Positions 48,720 to 62,920 of a stretch of 64,000 bases of DNA are shown here, piece after piece (position 1 is the stretch's first letter; every line of letters starts with the position of its first letter). The stretch is from Gnetum montanum. Its lineage: Eukaryota; Plantae; Gnetophyta. Made by a program: the position numbers and the translations under genes. The notes beneath the pieces were generated by a model. It was not told the origin of the DNA and made no database searches. It worked only from the letters and a program-made list of their open reading frames with translations. The stretch is taken from positions 540,521 to 604,520 of the forward strand of contig MNCI01000405.1 in assembly GCA_015680685.1 (NCBI GenBank), given 5' to 3'.

Positions 48720-50640
48720 TCCTTGCATGTTGGAAATATCGAAACTTGGTCATACTTACCTCATTGGGGTTCATACACCTATTTATAGTAAGCATAGTGG
48801 GGCAATTTATAAGATGTGGTTCTTGGGTAAAGCGTTGACCCACTATGATGCTTGAGACTATAAGATGGCATGCAAGGGTTGGGATGTCGCTCTCCATGGC
48901 TATATTCATTGGGTTGTATGGTTTTTGGAGTGTTAATTGGTGGCCCTAATGAGGTGACACGAGGCGTTGGGTTCGAGGAGAAGGATGCACCACAGTGTTG
49001 GACTTGTGCTGAGTTAGAGAATGCAATGGCCTTGGAACTATGTTGTCCCTTCCTACAGTCATGTCTAAAGAATGGATGCCTTTGATGTTGAGGAGGTCTC
49101 TCACTGCTATTGGCAATAGTATCACAAGTAATGTTCGTGGGTTGTTGATGTGGTGTAGACACTTCAGGAACAGTTGGTGGCAGTGTAGAAGGAGGGAAAG
49201 GATGAGAATATTGAAATTTACGAGAAGTGTAAGGTAAACAAGGCAGTGGTTATGTTGAGGACATGGTCTGATAGTACTGAGGAGAATGATAATGCGGCAA
49301 GATAGAGTATGTTGACCCAGTTGGGGGAATAGGATGTTGAACTAGATAAGCATTTGGATTCAGATGATACGAAGGGTATCTCAAGTTTAGGGATGGCTTC
49401 CCCCACAACTAGGATTGTTGCCACTGTGATCGAACACAGTATCTCTGTACGAACTTTAGGTGTAACATGCTTCCCCAATGCTCATATAAATGTAACAAGA
49501 TTGGGAATTGGCCCTTGGGGTGATCATATAGGCAAATGTTGCATTAATGCATGTGATTGGCAGTTGAGCTCTTATTTTCTTCATCCCTTCTTTCTTATTC
49601 TCTAATGACATTTTTTCCTGCTTCTCGGGTTGTCAAAACTCTCTCTCCAATAATATTAATATATTCTCCATACTTTTTATGCATCCATTCTAGCATCTTA
49701 TTGATCTTTGCCTTGATTTCATCTAATGATTGTTGTACTGGCAAAGATGGTTCTTCCTCCTTGGGATAGGTTAATTTCTCCTTTTTATGATTATGGACCT
49801 CTGTTAAGTTGAGATTTTGGTCCCGTTGATTTTTTTCAACACTCTCCCATCTAGCCATTTCTCCTTCTTCTTTTTCTACCCACTTAATAAGCTCTTGGAA
49901 TTGATGGGTTCACAGTTCATATAGTTGACATTGGGTATACATCCCTAGGGTCACTCTTGTTTCATCATGAAGCCCATCAATGATATGGTACATTAGCCTT
50001 TCCTCGAAGAACTCATGGCTTGGATAGTTGTTTAACAGTGCATAATATCTTTCTAAGGCCATGTCCAGGGATTCATGTTGTGCTTGTTTCCACTCTTGTA
50101 TTTGTTTCCTCAAGGCTGACACTCTTGCGTAAGTTTGATATCTTTCATTAAAGAGTTCTACCATTTTTGGCCAACGTCGAATTAAATTTGGTTTTAATGA
50201 TCTATACCATAATTTTGCTTGGCCAACGAGTGTCATAGGAAAGAGCTTAAGTTTTTGCCAACCTCTATCAATGTTGTTCCATGCACAGGCATCATAGAAG
50301 GCTTGTAAATGTTGTTGTGGATCTAAGTCATAGGCTCTTGAAAAATTGGGAAAGTTGTTTAAATCGAGCTTGGGTAGGCGGCTCTCTTTACGATGCCTAC
50401 GAGAGATTCAAATAGCCTCTTGTATTTGCGTTAGGCTTGTGGTGGCTAGTAGGGGTTCATCGTCATTCAGTAAGTTATGCTTTCGTGCATTAGGACGATG
50501 CTGCCTTCATTTATGTTTATAAGAAATCCCCACCTTAGATTGCGTACTCCAATCTTCATTTTCATATAATTCATTGGTTCTCCAATGAATTACCTCACTA
50601 GATGTGGCATTATCGTAGTTTTGTAGGAGAGGCATGGTTG
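48720..50640 (-). pseudogene. Element D gag
   Basis: ORF 49910..50236 (TLVGQAKLWYRSL...W..MVELFNERY...QAQHESL..A.ERY..LL) is a Retrotrans_gag domain. A Cys/His cluster (~49540) and a Pro/Gln-rich tail follow. Confidence 0.85.
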
Positions 50641-50776
50641 TGAAATTGTGTGTGAATTTGTATGTGACTTTTTATAATTATTTCTTCCTAAAAGATATAT
50701 CGTTAATTCCTATACAGCGACCTTGTATGGTATAACTAATCTAGATAACTAGCACCGTCCCTGGCAACTGCGCTAA

Positions 50777-51646
50777 TCATGAGTGGCAAGGTACCCCTAC
50801 ACTCAACCATACGAATACGAGCGTTTCACGCACAAACCAGTTGAACTCCGCAGATGGACTAGTTATGGTATCTAGATTGTTATTCGTAGGTCGTAGTTCG
50901 CTGTCTTCCCACCTGGAATAGTATTAGCTTTGTCATGTATGGTTTAGTCCAGAGTGAGGTGTATGATGTGTTCCTACACTAATGCTACTCCTGGGTATGA
51001 TGGGAAATAGTATTAACTAAGCTAGGAGAGAGAGAGGGTGAGAGAGAATCTAAGCTAGCCTAAGTGTGATGAGCATCCGTTCCTTAATCATTCATACACA
51101 TCTTGGACCTTGTGCACGACTACCACTAGGATTACCAAATGCATGACCTAGGTATGCCACTGGGTTACCAAGTAGTCACACATGAATGCTCGTGATTAAG
51201 TCATACTCATTTCGTGTTACTAGGAGATAAGGATAGAGAGATATTTACTAAAAAAGCAATGAATAATAATTAAATAAATAAATAATTAAGCTAAGTGGAT
51301 GCTGCAATGATGAAGTAATCTTGATCTTTATTTTTGATCATGTGCATGTCCAAGTATGTCACACTTGAATAAGGATGCCGTATAATTATAATCACCACAC
51401 TGTAGGCATGCACTGGGAGAAAAGGGTTGAGAGGGAAAACTGATGTACTAAAAACTTATTGAAAACTTAAACTTAATAACTCTAAAAACTGCCTACTAGA
51501 TTAGCCTACCTCTTATTTATAGATGAGGAGACAGGCTGCGATATCGTGTATGTGATATCACGTCTAGGTTGTGATATCACATACATGATATCGTGTACAC
51601 GATATCATGGCTGCAATATCGCAGCTAAGAAATTTATGACTCATCA
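50777..51646 (-). repeat. Element D 5' LTR
   Basis: Partner of 44905-45774 and adjacent to the PBS. Confidence 0.95.
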
Positions 51647-52228
51647 GTTAGCATCATTAGTAACCTCATTGAAAGGGAACATAAGCCATATGCATCTCTA
51701 TAGATAAGAAATCAAAACAAATTTTAATCTCTCAAGACATAGCATGTATAAACAAAATGAAACATATCAACAAAATTATTAAATTTCATTAACATCCATT
51801 AAAATTTTTCTACAACATCAAATAACTCATTACAAACTATTGCTCTTTCTTAACTTGCATAAAGTAGCATTTGTAATTATTGTTAAAAGAATATGATTTT
51901 TGAAGTTTTTAGGATGTACAATGAATAATCTTTTACTTAAATAAGACAAAAAGGAAATTACAATGATAACTTCATGTTTACCAAGCGATAACTATTTAAG
52001 ATATGTGAAATGACATGTACATGAAATAAACCATTGTAACTATACTAGATGGTTAACAATGTAACTTAATGATCCATTAGTTAAAGTGATTAATAATGAT
52101 CATTTATTATAACACAACAACATTGGTATACTACATCATTGAATCATGATAGTATGATATATTATTATTAATAATAACAAAAATAATAATATAACCAAAG
52201 AAAGTAAAAGAAAATGAAGAGTTAGGAT

Positions 52229-53130
52229 ATTTTTAACACCCTCTATCAAATGAAGAATGTATATTATTACAAATATTACAAATTCAATCCATTTAAAATA
52301 TTTTTGAAATTTTTAACACTCAATAGTTTGGTAAAATTGTTAGCAACTTCGTCATTAGTATTAACATATACTATAGAGATAAATCCTTCAACAAAGACAT
52401 GATGGATGTTATGCATAGTAATTTTAATATGTTTTATTCTTTCCTAAAACACTATATTCTTAATCAACTTTATTTCACTTTGATTATCATAGAAAATTAT
52501 GCTTGGAAATGTAACATCCTTCTTAAGTTCTTTGAATAATTGTTGAGGCCATCTTAACTTAGTAATATGATTTACTATGTCCTTATATTTTGAATCTATT
52601 GAAGATAATAAAACTACTTTCTATTTGGTTGACCACTTTGAAATTATATTCCCATGGTGTTTGACAAAAAAACCTCTAGTGAAGCACCATGAAAATGCAT
52701 CACCACCATAGTTTGCATTTGTATAATCCTCTAGAACAACTTTTAAAGAATAATCAAAATTTAATCCCTAACCAACTATACCTTTTCAAGTATCTTAATA
52801 TATCCATGGCTAGAGTCATTTGAATATTTGTTGGTTTTTTATTAAATTTAAATAATAAAATTACTAAATATAAATCAACTTTCAATACATTGTGTGACTA
52901 GAAATGGGTTTAAAATCATCTACCCATGATGTTCCTTGATTTCAATTGTGTTGATCTTCATTTATAATCCATCATATGATATTCCTTTAACAAATCTAGA
53001 ACATACTTCTTCTGAGTGATTCATATATGGATTAATGATTGATGAATTTCAAAATTGATTAAATAACTGACCAAGCCTAGATCTGATATCTTAAATTTTT
53101 TAATTTATTTTTAACGTGATTAATTAGTAA
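52229..53130 (-). pseudogene. Ty1/copia RT C-terminus / RNase H remnant with PPT
   Basis: Minus translation FYDNQSEIKLIKNIVF.ERIKHI...YVNTNDEVANNFTKLL. GATAGAGGG|TGTTAA at ~52223-52237 marks the PPT/LTR junction. Confidence 0.8.
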
Positions 53131-53135
53131 ATATT

Positions 53136-55797
53136 TGTAATACCATTCTTTCTAGCCTTAGGATGGAGACCATTATGTTGGGTATAAAACCCTTAAATCA
53201 ATGCTTGGTTATGGTAACAAAAACTAGAAAATAGAATGAACTAACATAGCAATAAGGAAGTGAAAGAGAAAAAACACAAAGAATCATGAATGAAAGGAAA
53301 AAGAAGAAATGATAATAGTGGAAGATAAAGAGTAAAATTAATTAACAATACACACACACACACACACAAGAACTGAAAATAAAAGTTAAACTAAAAGAAG
53401 ATAAATAAACATAAATCTAGAAGTCTAAAATATAATCATAAATATCTAGAAATACTATAATATGCTCATCCATATATAATATTCATTATCTTTATACATG
53501 AAACATGAAAGTTAATAATCTAATACAAGTATATAAAATTGTTGTCACATTTTCATCATTATTATGGAGCAGTGATGATTCTTGGTAGGCTTTTAAAAAG
53601 TTGATAAAGTTATGCTAGTTTGGGTTTATAAAAATATATTTGAAGCTAGCTTGCCAAATACCAAATACAAGGCAAAGGTTTTGAATTTGATATTTCAATT
53701 AAAACATCAAAGCAACATTGGAGGAAAATATTGGATTTACATGAGGGATATATCCAAGCAAGGTAGCTTATATTTTAATTAGGAAATTGATAAACTTTAA
53801 AAGAGAAGTTGATAAACTTTCAAAATTAAATAATCAATTCCAAAATTCCTAAAATGGAATTCATCAAAATATTAAATTTTATCCAAGATTTTTATGCAAA
53901 GTTCCTACAATGGATGTCCAAGAAATCAACTACCATGGCATGGCACATGGTGTTGATTTGAACTACAAGAAATACTAAACGGTCTCTAAAGGTGCCAGAT
54001 GTGTCAACTTCTAGAATCACACCATTGCTTCTTAAAAAGGAAATTTGGCATCCATGGCTTGAAATGTGGCCAAAAGCGTAGCCTAAAATGCAGTAGTTGG
54101 TCATGTGCATCATATATTTAAGCCAAAATAGGTCATGGGGATCATTTTGTGTAGCACCAAGCTTTTCCAAGCATTAATGCTCTTAGATCCATGGCTTCCA
54201 TAGCCATTAAAATCATGCGTTTGTAGACAAAATTGCAATTTTGGAAGTCTCCTTCATCTATGGATACCTTGATAGTAAAACCCTTGAAAACCTTGTAATA
54301 CTTACCTCATTGTTGATGTTGATTTCTTAGTAAAGGGCATCATGGAAAATGATGGCAAAAATTACAGAGGCTTGGTGGCAAATTACCTATCCATGGCAGC
54401 ACTAATATAGGTAGTAAAGATGGTACCGTTTTTACAACCTTGAATGTTGGAAAGTGGTGTTTGAAAAAGTAACCAAAGATGATACACTACCATGCTAGAC
54501 ATAAAGGCAAAGAGGGAGCTATGAATAAGTGGTTGTGGCCTTGCAGAGGCATGCGGTGTTGATGAAGGATGTGGAAGCACATTGTAGTTGCTTACCAACA
54601 GTTTGGCCACATTTACTATTGTTATTTTTCATTTCCATTGGCACCTGCAATTATTTTCCAAAATATTATGGTTTTGCATTACATATATTTGTGTTAAGGT
54701 TTTGGTATGAAATCATAAAATGACCAAATAAATAATCATAAGATTAAACCATGATATGGAAAGAAGAATAATAAATATAATGATTAAATATGAACCATAG
54801 ATTGGATATCTTGCAATTCGATTTGGATGACCTGGGATTGAAAAAGTCACCTTGGATTAGAGTTATCTCTGCTTTAAAAACATAAATTATTTTTACCTCA
54901 TGGAAAGATGTATTGTAAGGTTTATGTGTAAAAGAATTAAGAGCTCATATTAAAGATAAATCTTCAAAAATATTAAGGAAAATAAAATAGAAGATTTATG
55001 AGTTAGTTATTGGGTAGGACACTTGCCAATAATGGCTTAAATTTCTCATGTAAGTTATAACTTCTTAGGGTGGTTATGAATTAATCCCCTAGATATTTCT
55101 GATACTCATAATCTCTCATAATTATTATAACTACCCTAAGGTCACTATAAAAGGGCATTCAAAAAGGGTAAAAAAAAAAGGAAGGAAGAAGAATAATTGG
55201 AAAAATATACTTTGAATAATATTGAAGATTGTAAAGCATGACTTGCTAAAGGCATCAATTTAGCTACTTTGTTTTAATCCTATGAGTTCATTTCTTACCA
55301 TTTTGTTTTAGTTACATAGCTAATGGTTTAGATAGTATCGTGCTTGACATTTAATTTTTGGATTTTTCTAGGTTGTCCTTATAGCTCAATTTTTGCACAA
55401 TATTAGACTTCTATTAAGGTTTTCCAAATAAGAGCTTATGTTGTATTAGAAAATTTATTAGAAAAGCATATTGAGTAATTTAATAGTAATGTCTTATAGA
55501 AATTACCTATTTGAGTTTAGGGAATCTAGAAAATCTTTGATGCTTTGAGATGACTGAAATAGCTTTTTTATTTTTAAAGTTTATTGCCTTAATATTGCAA
55601 TCTTGAAATTGTCAAATTTTTCTGCAAGTTCTATTGTTTGCAATTCTTGATCAATATTGACTATCCAAATAGAAGCTTGTACTTTGTCATTTACAAAGTG
55701 TTTTGGTAGTTAAATAAAGTATCTTTTATAAAATTGCTAATTAAGCTCAAAAGGTTTGGATGATTCATAATAGATTGAATTGGAATAGCTTTATTGT
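53136..55797. other. Non-coding, probably LTR-derived sequence of unresolved families
   Basis: Starts TGTAATACC where the copia coding sequence breaks off. CTATAAAAGGG at ~55145 and a (CA)n tract at ~53351-53368. No partner copy in the window. Confidence 0.3.
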
Positions 55798-56716
55798 TGA
55801 TGAGTCACAGTTGGCTACGTCGACAAGGCCTCGTTGACTAGGCCCCATCAATTGGACTCTATTGACATGGCCCCGTCAATGCATCGTTTCATGCATTGAC
55901 GTGACCTTGTCGATTAGGGTTCATTTTTTGCTTATAAATACATGCTCACTAATTGCATTTATAGCATTAGATTCATAGTAGTAGCCAAAATCTTGCAATT
56001 TGTTCATTTGAAATTTAGAATATTATTCCTGAGTTCCCACAACAAGGGCCATTAAGTGTACGGATCTTTATTCAAGCACTATTGTACCTGAGCATGACAG
56101 TGTGTGTAGCAATAAAGACAAACTTCTTGATAAACCTTGTAGCATTTTGAATAGTTTAAATGTTTCATTTATGCATTTAATACTCTCAGTTATTTATTCA
56201 ATGCTTTCTAGTAATTAAACTAATTAGATAATTAAGTAAGATAAGCTAGATAGATTAATTACACAAGTACGATTGCTTTGAGTGTAACACACATCCACTT
56301 GGTAGTCCCAGTAGCGTTATTGCTTGGTGCACCTAGTGGCATAGCACTTGGTAACCTAGTAGTGAATACATGGGTTTAGGATGTGTATGGAAAGTGGGAT
56401 CAGATGCTTCTGTTAGGAATAATTAGAGATCAGTTAGTTAATTTAGATTAGTCATTAAATTACCTTATCTCTTTTTTCAAAGCACCAAAGAACATAAAAT
56501 ATAAAATGGTAAAAATCACATGCCTCAATTACACTTAACCATACCTTTGTACTTCACAAGTGTAATTTGGAAGAAAATGAATGACCTTAGGGAAAGATTC
56601 ACTTCCTAAAAGACTAGTGCAACAAAAGCTAGGCAATCCAGAAAATTTAACTAGATTGCATGCGAATGCTTTGTGATTCTTATGGTTGGGCATAGGGGTA
56701 CCTCAACTACTCATCA
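55798..56716 (+). repeat. Element E 5' LTR
   Basis: TGATGAG...CTCATCA termini, TATAAATA at ~55933, AATAAA at ~56111, and a 3' end homologous to the B and D LTR ends. Confidence 0.88.
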
Positions 56717-56868
56717 TTGGCACCATTGTTAGGAACTTCTGTTTGTTGAAACGTGCACTATTTAGGTTTAGTAAATATTATTAATATCATTGGATAAACC
56801 CAAGGTCAACATCACTCTCACATGACTTATAATTACAAAAGCACACTGACTATTTTATTTGTTGCAAA

Positions 56869-59340
56869 ATGTCTTGTTCTCACAGGCATGAAGATGTCAA
56901 ATCGCTAGTCCCACAAGAGTGCAAAGTGGTATCTACTCATCCAGATGAGTATGTGCTAGACTTGACCTTCATCCTACAACAGGATGAACAATTGCGATGG
57001 CGTGATATGGAGGGCAACATTGTATTACCCCCTGATTGATCTATTTCAGGGATGCTCTCTCAAACTCTTAAAAGGTTGGGCATCCTAAATCTTCATGAAG
57101 AATAACTTATGAATGGTTATGACACTTGAGACTACCATCCCACTAAAACACAATGTAGGAGATATCGACACCAGGAGAAGTACCATGAGTTTACGAAGGG
57201 GAAACACTTCACTAAACCTTTGTTCTTGCTAAACCAAGATGACAATCTGGATCCTCCCCCAAAGGGTTCCCAACATGAAGATTCTCCACCCTCTATTGTT
57301 GGTGATGAGGGTGTGACCTTGAACCTATGATCCACTATTCATAAAACAAGTTTAGGAAAAAGTGACAATTAAGGCAGAGACTTCGGTAAACATCACAATG
57401 GCAAGGGATCTAAGGATGGTGGTTGTAATGAGGGAACAGGTGGTGATGGATACCACAATGGCAATGGTAGTCCACCTTCCTCTTCATCCAATTTTGAACA
57501 TTCCTCTTCATCATTTGGTTCTGATAGAAGTTACTAGAGAAATAATCATGATGAGGGTGATCAACGAGACAACAATGATTGTATAGCTCACCAAGAATGT
57601 CCGGGTAATAGAGGACATCATCAAAGATAATGCAATAATGATGATGATGAGCCTCTATTGGTAACTCAAAGAATGCTTAACATTGTAGAGGTATTAAAGA
57701 TTCCAACTAGGCATGTGAAGGATAGTCAGATCAAGCGCTTAGACATGAACAAGATCTCAAATTTAAGGGGGGATACAACTCTAATGCATAGAACCATCTA
57801 CAAGCTTTCCACAATGCTTATGCCTTATAGAACATTGAAAATGACTAGCAGAAACTCAAGCTATTCCCTAGGATACTTATCAAGGAAGCTAAAAGCTAGT
57901 ACCAGTCCTTGGAGCCAAAATCCATTCACCAATGGAGTACCATGTTAAAACTATTTAATGATAAATACCATACATACTTCGGAGTCTAACCTAAGAAGGT
58001 AAATCTAGAGCTGGAAACAGGGAATACATGAACCCTTGTATGTTGCCATGGGCAAATATTATTCACTCTTACACAGATGCCCTAGCCATGGTTATTCTCA
58101 GAGGGAACAACTCTGCCACATCATCAATGGGCTTAGAGTAGAAACTAGAAAAGCTCTTGTGGTGTATGCCCAAGGGATATTGTCTAAACTAAGAGCTCAT
58201 TGGATCCAAAGACTAATAGAGCAAGTAGCTAAAGAAGAAGGCAAGTTGCAACAAAGGAAAAGTGTAAAAGAGTATAATAGGGATCCTTTGTCAAGAAAAG
58301 GGAGGTCTAATTTTGTGATGAGGGGGAGTCACCACTTGATGAAGTGATGAAAAGGAAAACCTTGCCCATCCAAAAATCTATCTTTGATATTTTGATAAAG
58401 GTTGATAAATTATGGGACTCTTTGGATGAAAATTTTCAAACTACTATGAAGATTGTTGAAGCAATAATATAATAGTGATTGTGAATGTAGGAGATGAAAA
58501 GAAGCCAAATGTGCCTACCAAAGAGGTAAAGGCAAGGTTGCTACAGTAAAAGAAATTGTGAAAACTGACTCTGATAATGATACTGGTTGTGACATCTGTT
58601 AATACAAACATCTAAAGAGGTGCCACCCTATGGAGTCACACTTACAAGAGTTTGGGGTGTATGCAATGAATCCTTGACTAGCACATAGGCAAGCACCTAG
58701 ATGATTACCTTATCCTCAAGGAAATCTAAGGTATCTCCACCAGCAACAACAAGCTTATTACCTAAGTGGTGTTCCACCATAACCATATGAGCAATACCAA
58801 TAGTGGCACCAACCACAATCATGGAGAATGCCACTACCAAGGCAGCAATACCATAACAGGAAACCAAATCCATATGGGTATTATGTTTAGCAACCCATTG
58901 CTCCATGAAGTTTTACAAGCTACACCTCATTTCAGCATCACTATTACCATTCAGAGTACCTCCAAACATATTCACAATCTACTTAGGGAGAGAACCCATA
59001 TCCATACCATCCTCTACATCCATCTGTACACATTCCTCCATCCTCAACCTAGTTACCTCCTACTCCATCCATGCAGGATGAAATTTCTCCATAGCCACAG
59101 TAATGAAATGCTACAAGGGTTGTACATTCATAACTGACTTTTTAGCTGAGTGGTTCAGATATTTTTTCCAAGAAATGATCATTTTTTGACCCAACAATTC
59201 TTCCAAACCCTCACAACCTAATGTGACCGATTATCTTGTATCTCCAACATCCTCATCCTCTGAATCAAATACATTCGAGTACCCTTCAAACCAAGTGCCA
59301 CCTCATATTTTCACTATGATGCTCATGCTATTTCCAATTG
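56869..59340 (+). pseudogene. Element E gag (with N-terminal extension)
   Basis: HLQAFHN...KLKLFP (~57795-57870), YYSLLHRCPSHG...HIINGL (ORF 58036..58347). Confidence 0.8.
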
Positions 59341-59362
59341 GATCAAGGTTAGAAATCTTCCC

Positions 59363-62300
59363 ATGAAAATATTTGACCCAGGAAGTCCTCGCATTTACTT
59401 GCAGATTGCTAAACATGAGCCATGCAAGGCTCTTCTTGATTTTGGTTCTAGTGTCAATCTCATCTTCCATGACATGTACAAAGCCTGGAACCTACCATCT
59501 CTCAAGAAGAGCACCATCCATTTAGAATTGATAGATCAATCAATCACTATTCCTTTGGAATTAGTCAAGGACATTATGACCATAGTTTGCAAGTGGTCCT
59601 ATCCTACCAATTTTCTGGTGATCAAGGTTGAAAACTGCAAAGGTGACTTTTCCATCATTATGGAAAGGGCTTCATTAAGCACAATAGATGTGCGTATGGG
59701 TATAAGGAACCTCTCCTTAGAAACCTCTAAGGAAAATAAATTTAGATGTTTATAGAAGAAGCGTATTCTATGTATCGCATAGAGTGATAATGGGTGCAAT
59801 TGTATGCAAAAGATCTAGTTCATCAAAAGTACATTTATTAAAGCATGTAGTCAGTGTGCACATGAACAAGGTATCCAAAGGTGTTTATACGTAGTAGCCA
59901 CAAAATAAGAGGGCATCCAGTGGCTAATAGTTGACTTTGATAATAGCACACTATGCATGGAACCAACTAAGAGCCTAACATGTGCTTATGCTGAAGGCAT
60001 GGATTAACTTGAGAAAGTTCATCACAAACTCTCTAATGATGAAGATGATGATACATGTTGGAGAGAGTTGGAAATCCTTGATAACTTTAAGCAAGAGGCA
60101 CTAGAGTTGAAAACTCTACCAACTAGCATGGAGTATGCATTTTTAAACAATGAAAAGATGATCATAATCAATGTCAAACTTGCTCCTGAACAAAAAGAAA
60201 AGTTGTTATAGGTTATTAACAAGTGGCCAATAGCCTTTACTTGGTCATATCCTAAGCTAACTAGAATTGATCTAAGGATATGCTAGCATCGCATTTACAC
60301 CAACCCAGCCATGAAGCTAAGAAGGTAGTTGCAAAGATGGCTAAACCCCAAATTGAAGTACATCATCAAGGAGGAAATAGAACAACTCCTTAAGGCAGGG
60401 TTCATCTATCCCATTGTGAAGAGTGAGTGGGATAGCCCAATCATAATTATGCTAAAGAAAGATGGCAAGTGGTAAGTCTGCACTGATTTTAGGCTGTTGA
60501 ATATGGGAAAATTTAAAGATCATTTTCCATTGTCATTTATGGATCAAGTACTGGACATCATATCTAGGTATTGCTATTATAACTAAATCCAAATTATGCT
60601 AGAAAATCAGGCCAAGACAACATTCACGTGTTCTTGGGGAGCTTTTGCATATCGTAAGATGCCATTTGATCTATTCAATGTTCCTACAACATTTCAAAGC
60701 TTAGTCCTTAGTATTTTCCAATAGTAGATTGGTAGCAAGGTAGAAGTCTTTATGGATGATTTCTCTACCTATGGAACTATGTTTGAGCAAGCCTTGAACT
60801 ACCTTGAGTAGGTATTAAAATGATGTGTTAAAAAAAACCTTAGGCTCAATTGGCAAAAAAGCCATCTAATGGTCTAGGAGGGCCTAGTGCTGGGCTACCG
60901 AATTTTACAAAAGGATATTGAGGTATACTTAGAGAAGATAAGGGTTATCCAAGGAATAACACATCAACCAGAGATAATTAAAGATGTTCAATCATTCCTT
61001 GGATACACTGGTTACTATTGACGATTCATAGAGAATTTCTCGAAGATCACAAATCCATTGGTTGAACTTATGAAGAAAGATGCTCCATTCATCTAAACTA
61101 AGAAATGTGAACATGCATTCCAATAACTAAAATACAAACTCATAGAAACTCTAATTCTATAGGCACTAGACTAGTTCAAACCATTCCACATAATGATGGA
61201 TGCCTATAATTATGTCTTGGAAGCTATGCTTATGCAGTTTGATGATAAGAAACATTAATATTACATCCACTACATGAGCTAAAGCATTATGGGTGCATAA
61301 TTGAATTACACCACAACTGAAAATGAATGAATGGCAATGGTGTATGCTCTTGAAAATTTTAGGTACTATGTACTTGGTTATAAGGTATTTTTGCACATAG
61401 ACCATAATTCCATCCACTTCTTAATGAATAAGGCAACAGTGACCCCTCGTATCATATAGTGGCTCATGATCTTCCAAAAATTTGATCTCTCAATGATAGA
61501 TTGGAAAGGAACTGCGAATGTGACCATTGACCATCTCTCTTAAATAAGATGGGATAACAAAGAGAAGGAGAGTTTTCTCTCTAATCAATTTTTAGATGAA
61601 CTCCTCTTTACAGGGGTGATAAATGACCAAGTGCACACATAAATGAAATGGTATGATGGCATCCTCACTTACCTTCTCACTCAAGAGATACCATAAGGTT
61701 TGGACTTTAGGAAGAAATAATATTTTCTTCATCAGGCAAAGTACTTCATGAAAATCAATGAATACCTTTACAAAGTGTGTGCCAATGATCTGGTTTTTTA
61801 GTATGTCCCTAATGCAGATCAACTACATGTTCTCTAGGATGCTCATGAAGGTCCTTGCAGAGGGAACTATGCAGGGAGGTGCATGGCCATAAAAATCTTG
61901 ATGGTAGGATATTATTGGCCTAAAATATTTAGGGATGCACACCAATTTGTCCAATCTTGTAAATGATGTCAACAAGATGGTGGGATGACCATGTGAATGG
62001 AGGATCCTCAATAGTGGATTCAACCACTAGAGCCCTTTGACATATGGGGCATTGACTTCATGGGTTCCATCACACCCATGTCCAATGGAAAGGTGTATAT
62101 CATCATAGTAGTTGACTACTACATAAAATGGGTAAAAGTAGCAGCTATCACTGATTGTACATCATCCACTACTACTAGATTTGTACAACAACATGTTGTA
62201 AATAGGTTTGGAATGCCACATGCACTAATTTCTAACAATGGACCTTACTTTACAGGTTCCACTTTTTGAAAAATTATGCAATGCTTGGGGGTTGAACATA

Positions 62301-62920
62301 AATTAACATCCTATCACCCCCAAGCCAATGGTCAAGCAAAGGTAACTAACAGGGAGATCACAAAAATCCTAACAAGGACCATTAGTAAATATAAGAGAGA
62401 TTAGAGCACAAAACTCAATGATGCCCTCTGGGCCTATCGCTCAACATGGAAGCTTCCTATTGGCTACTCCCCCTACGAGCTAGTGTATGGAAAACTTCCA
62501 ACGCTCTCGATTCAATTCGAGCTCCATACACTCTCAACAACCTACAATCTGAATCTTGACCTAAGTCTGGCATAGAAAAAAAGACTAAGAAACCTCAATG
62601 TGCTAGATGAAAACAAATTAGTGGCCCTATCTTTGAATGAAATGCACAAGCCATTTAACAAGCAACATCATAACCTACAAATATGGAATGTGAAATTTGA
62701 ACTAGGAATTAAGGTTCTCTAGTAGAACCCCACACACGTACCCCAGAAGACAAAGTTTCAAGTGTTGTGGAAAAGACCTTATATAATTGATCAAACCTTT
62801 CCCTATAAGGCCATGTTAATCTACAAGCCTAAAAGCCCAAATAAAAAGTAGTTGGTCAACATCGAACAAGTGAAACTTTTCTTAGAACCAAGACAAGCTA
62901 GTGCAACTACCACCTAAATA
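59363..62920 (+). pseudogene. Element E pol (PR-RT-RH-INT)
   Basis: KALLDFGSSVNL (ORF 59363..59755), DHFPLSFMDQ, VFMDDF (~60747), WGIDFMGSI (~62044), YHPQANGQ (~62312), LWKRPY (~62765). Confidence 0.93.

Larger units (their letters stand above)
44905..51646 (-). mobile_element. Element D: pol-less non-autonomous Athila-like LTR element (gag + truncated accessory ORF)
   Basis: LTRs 44905-45774 and 50777-51646, PBS TAGCGCAGTTGCCAGGGAC (~50757-50775), PPT at 45775-45783, imperfect TSD GCTAC/GTTAG. No RT/INT motifs were found inside. Confidence 0.9.
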
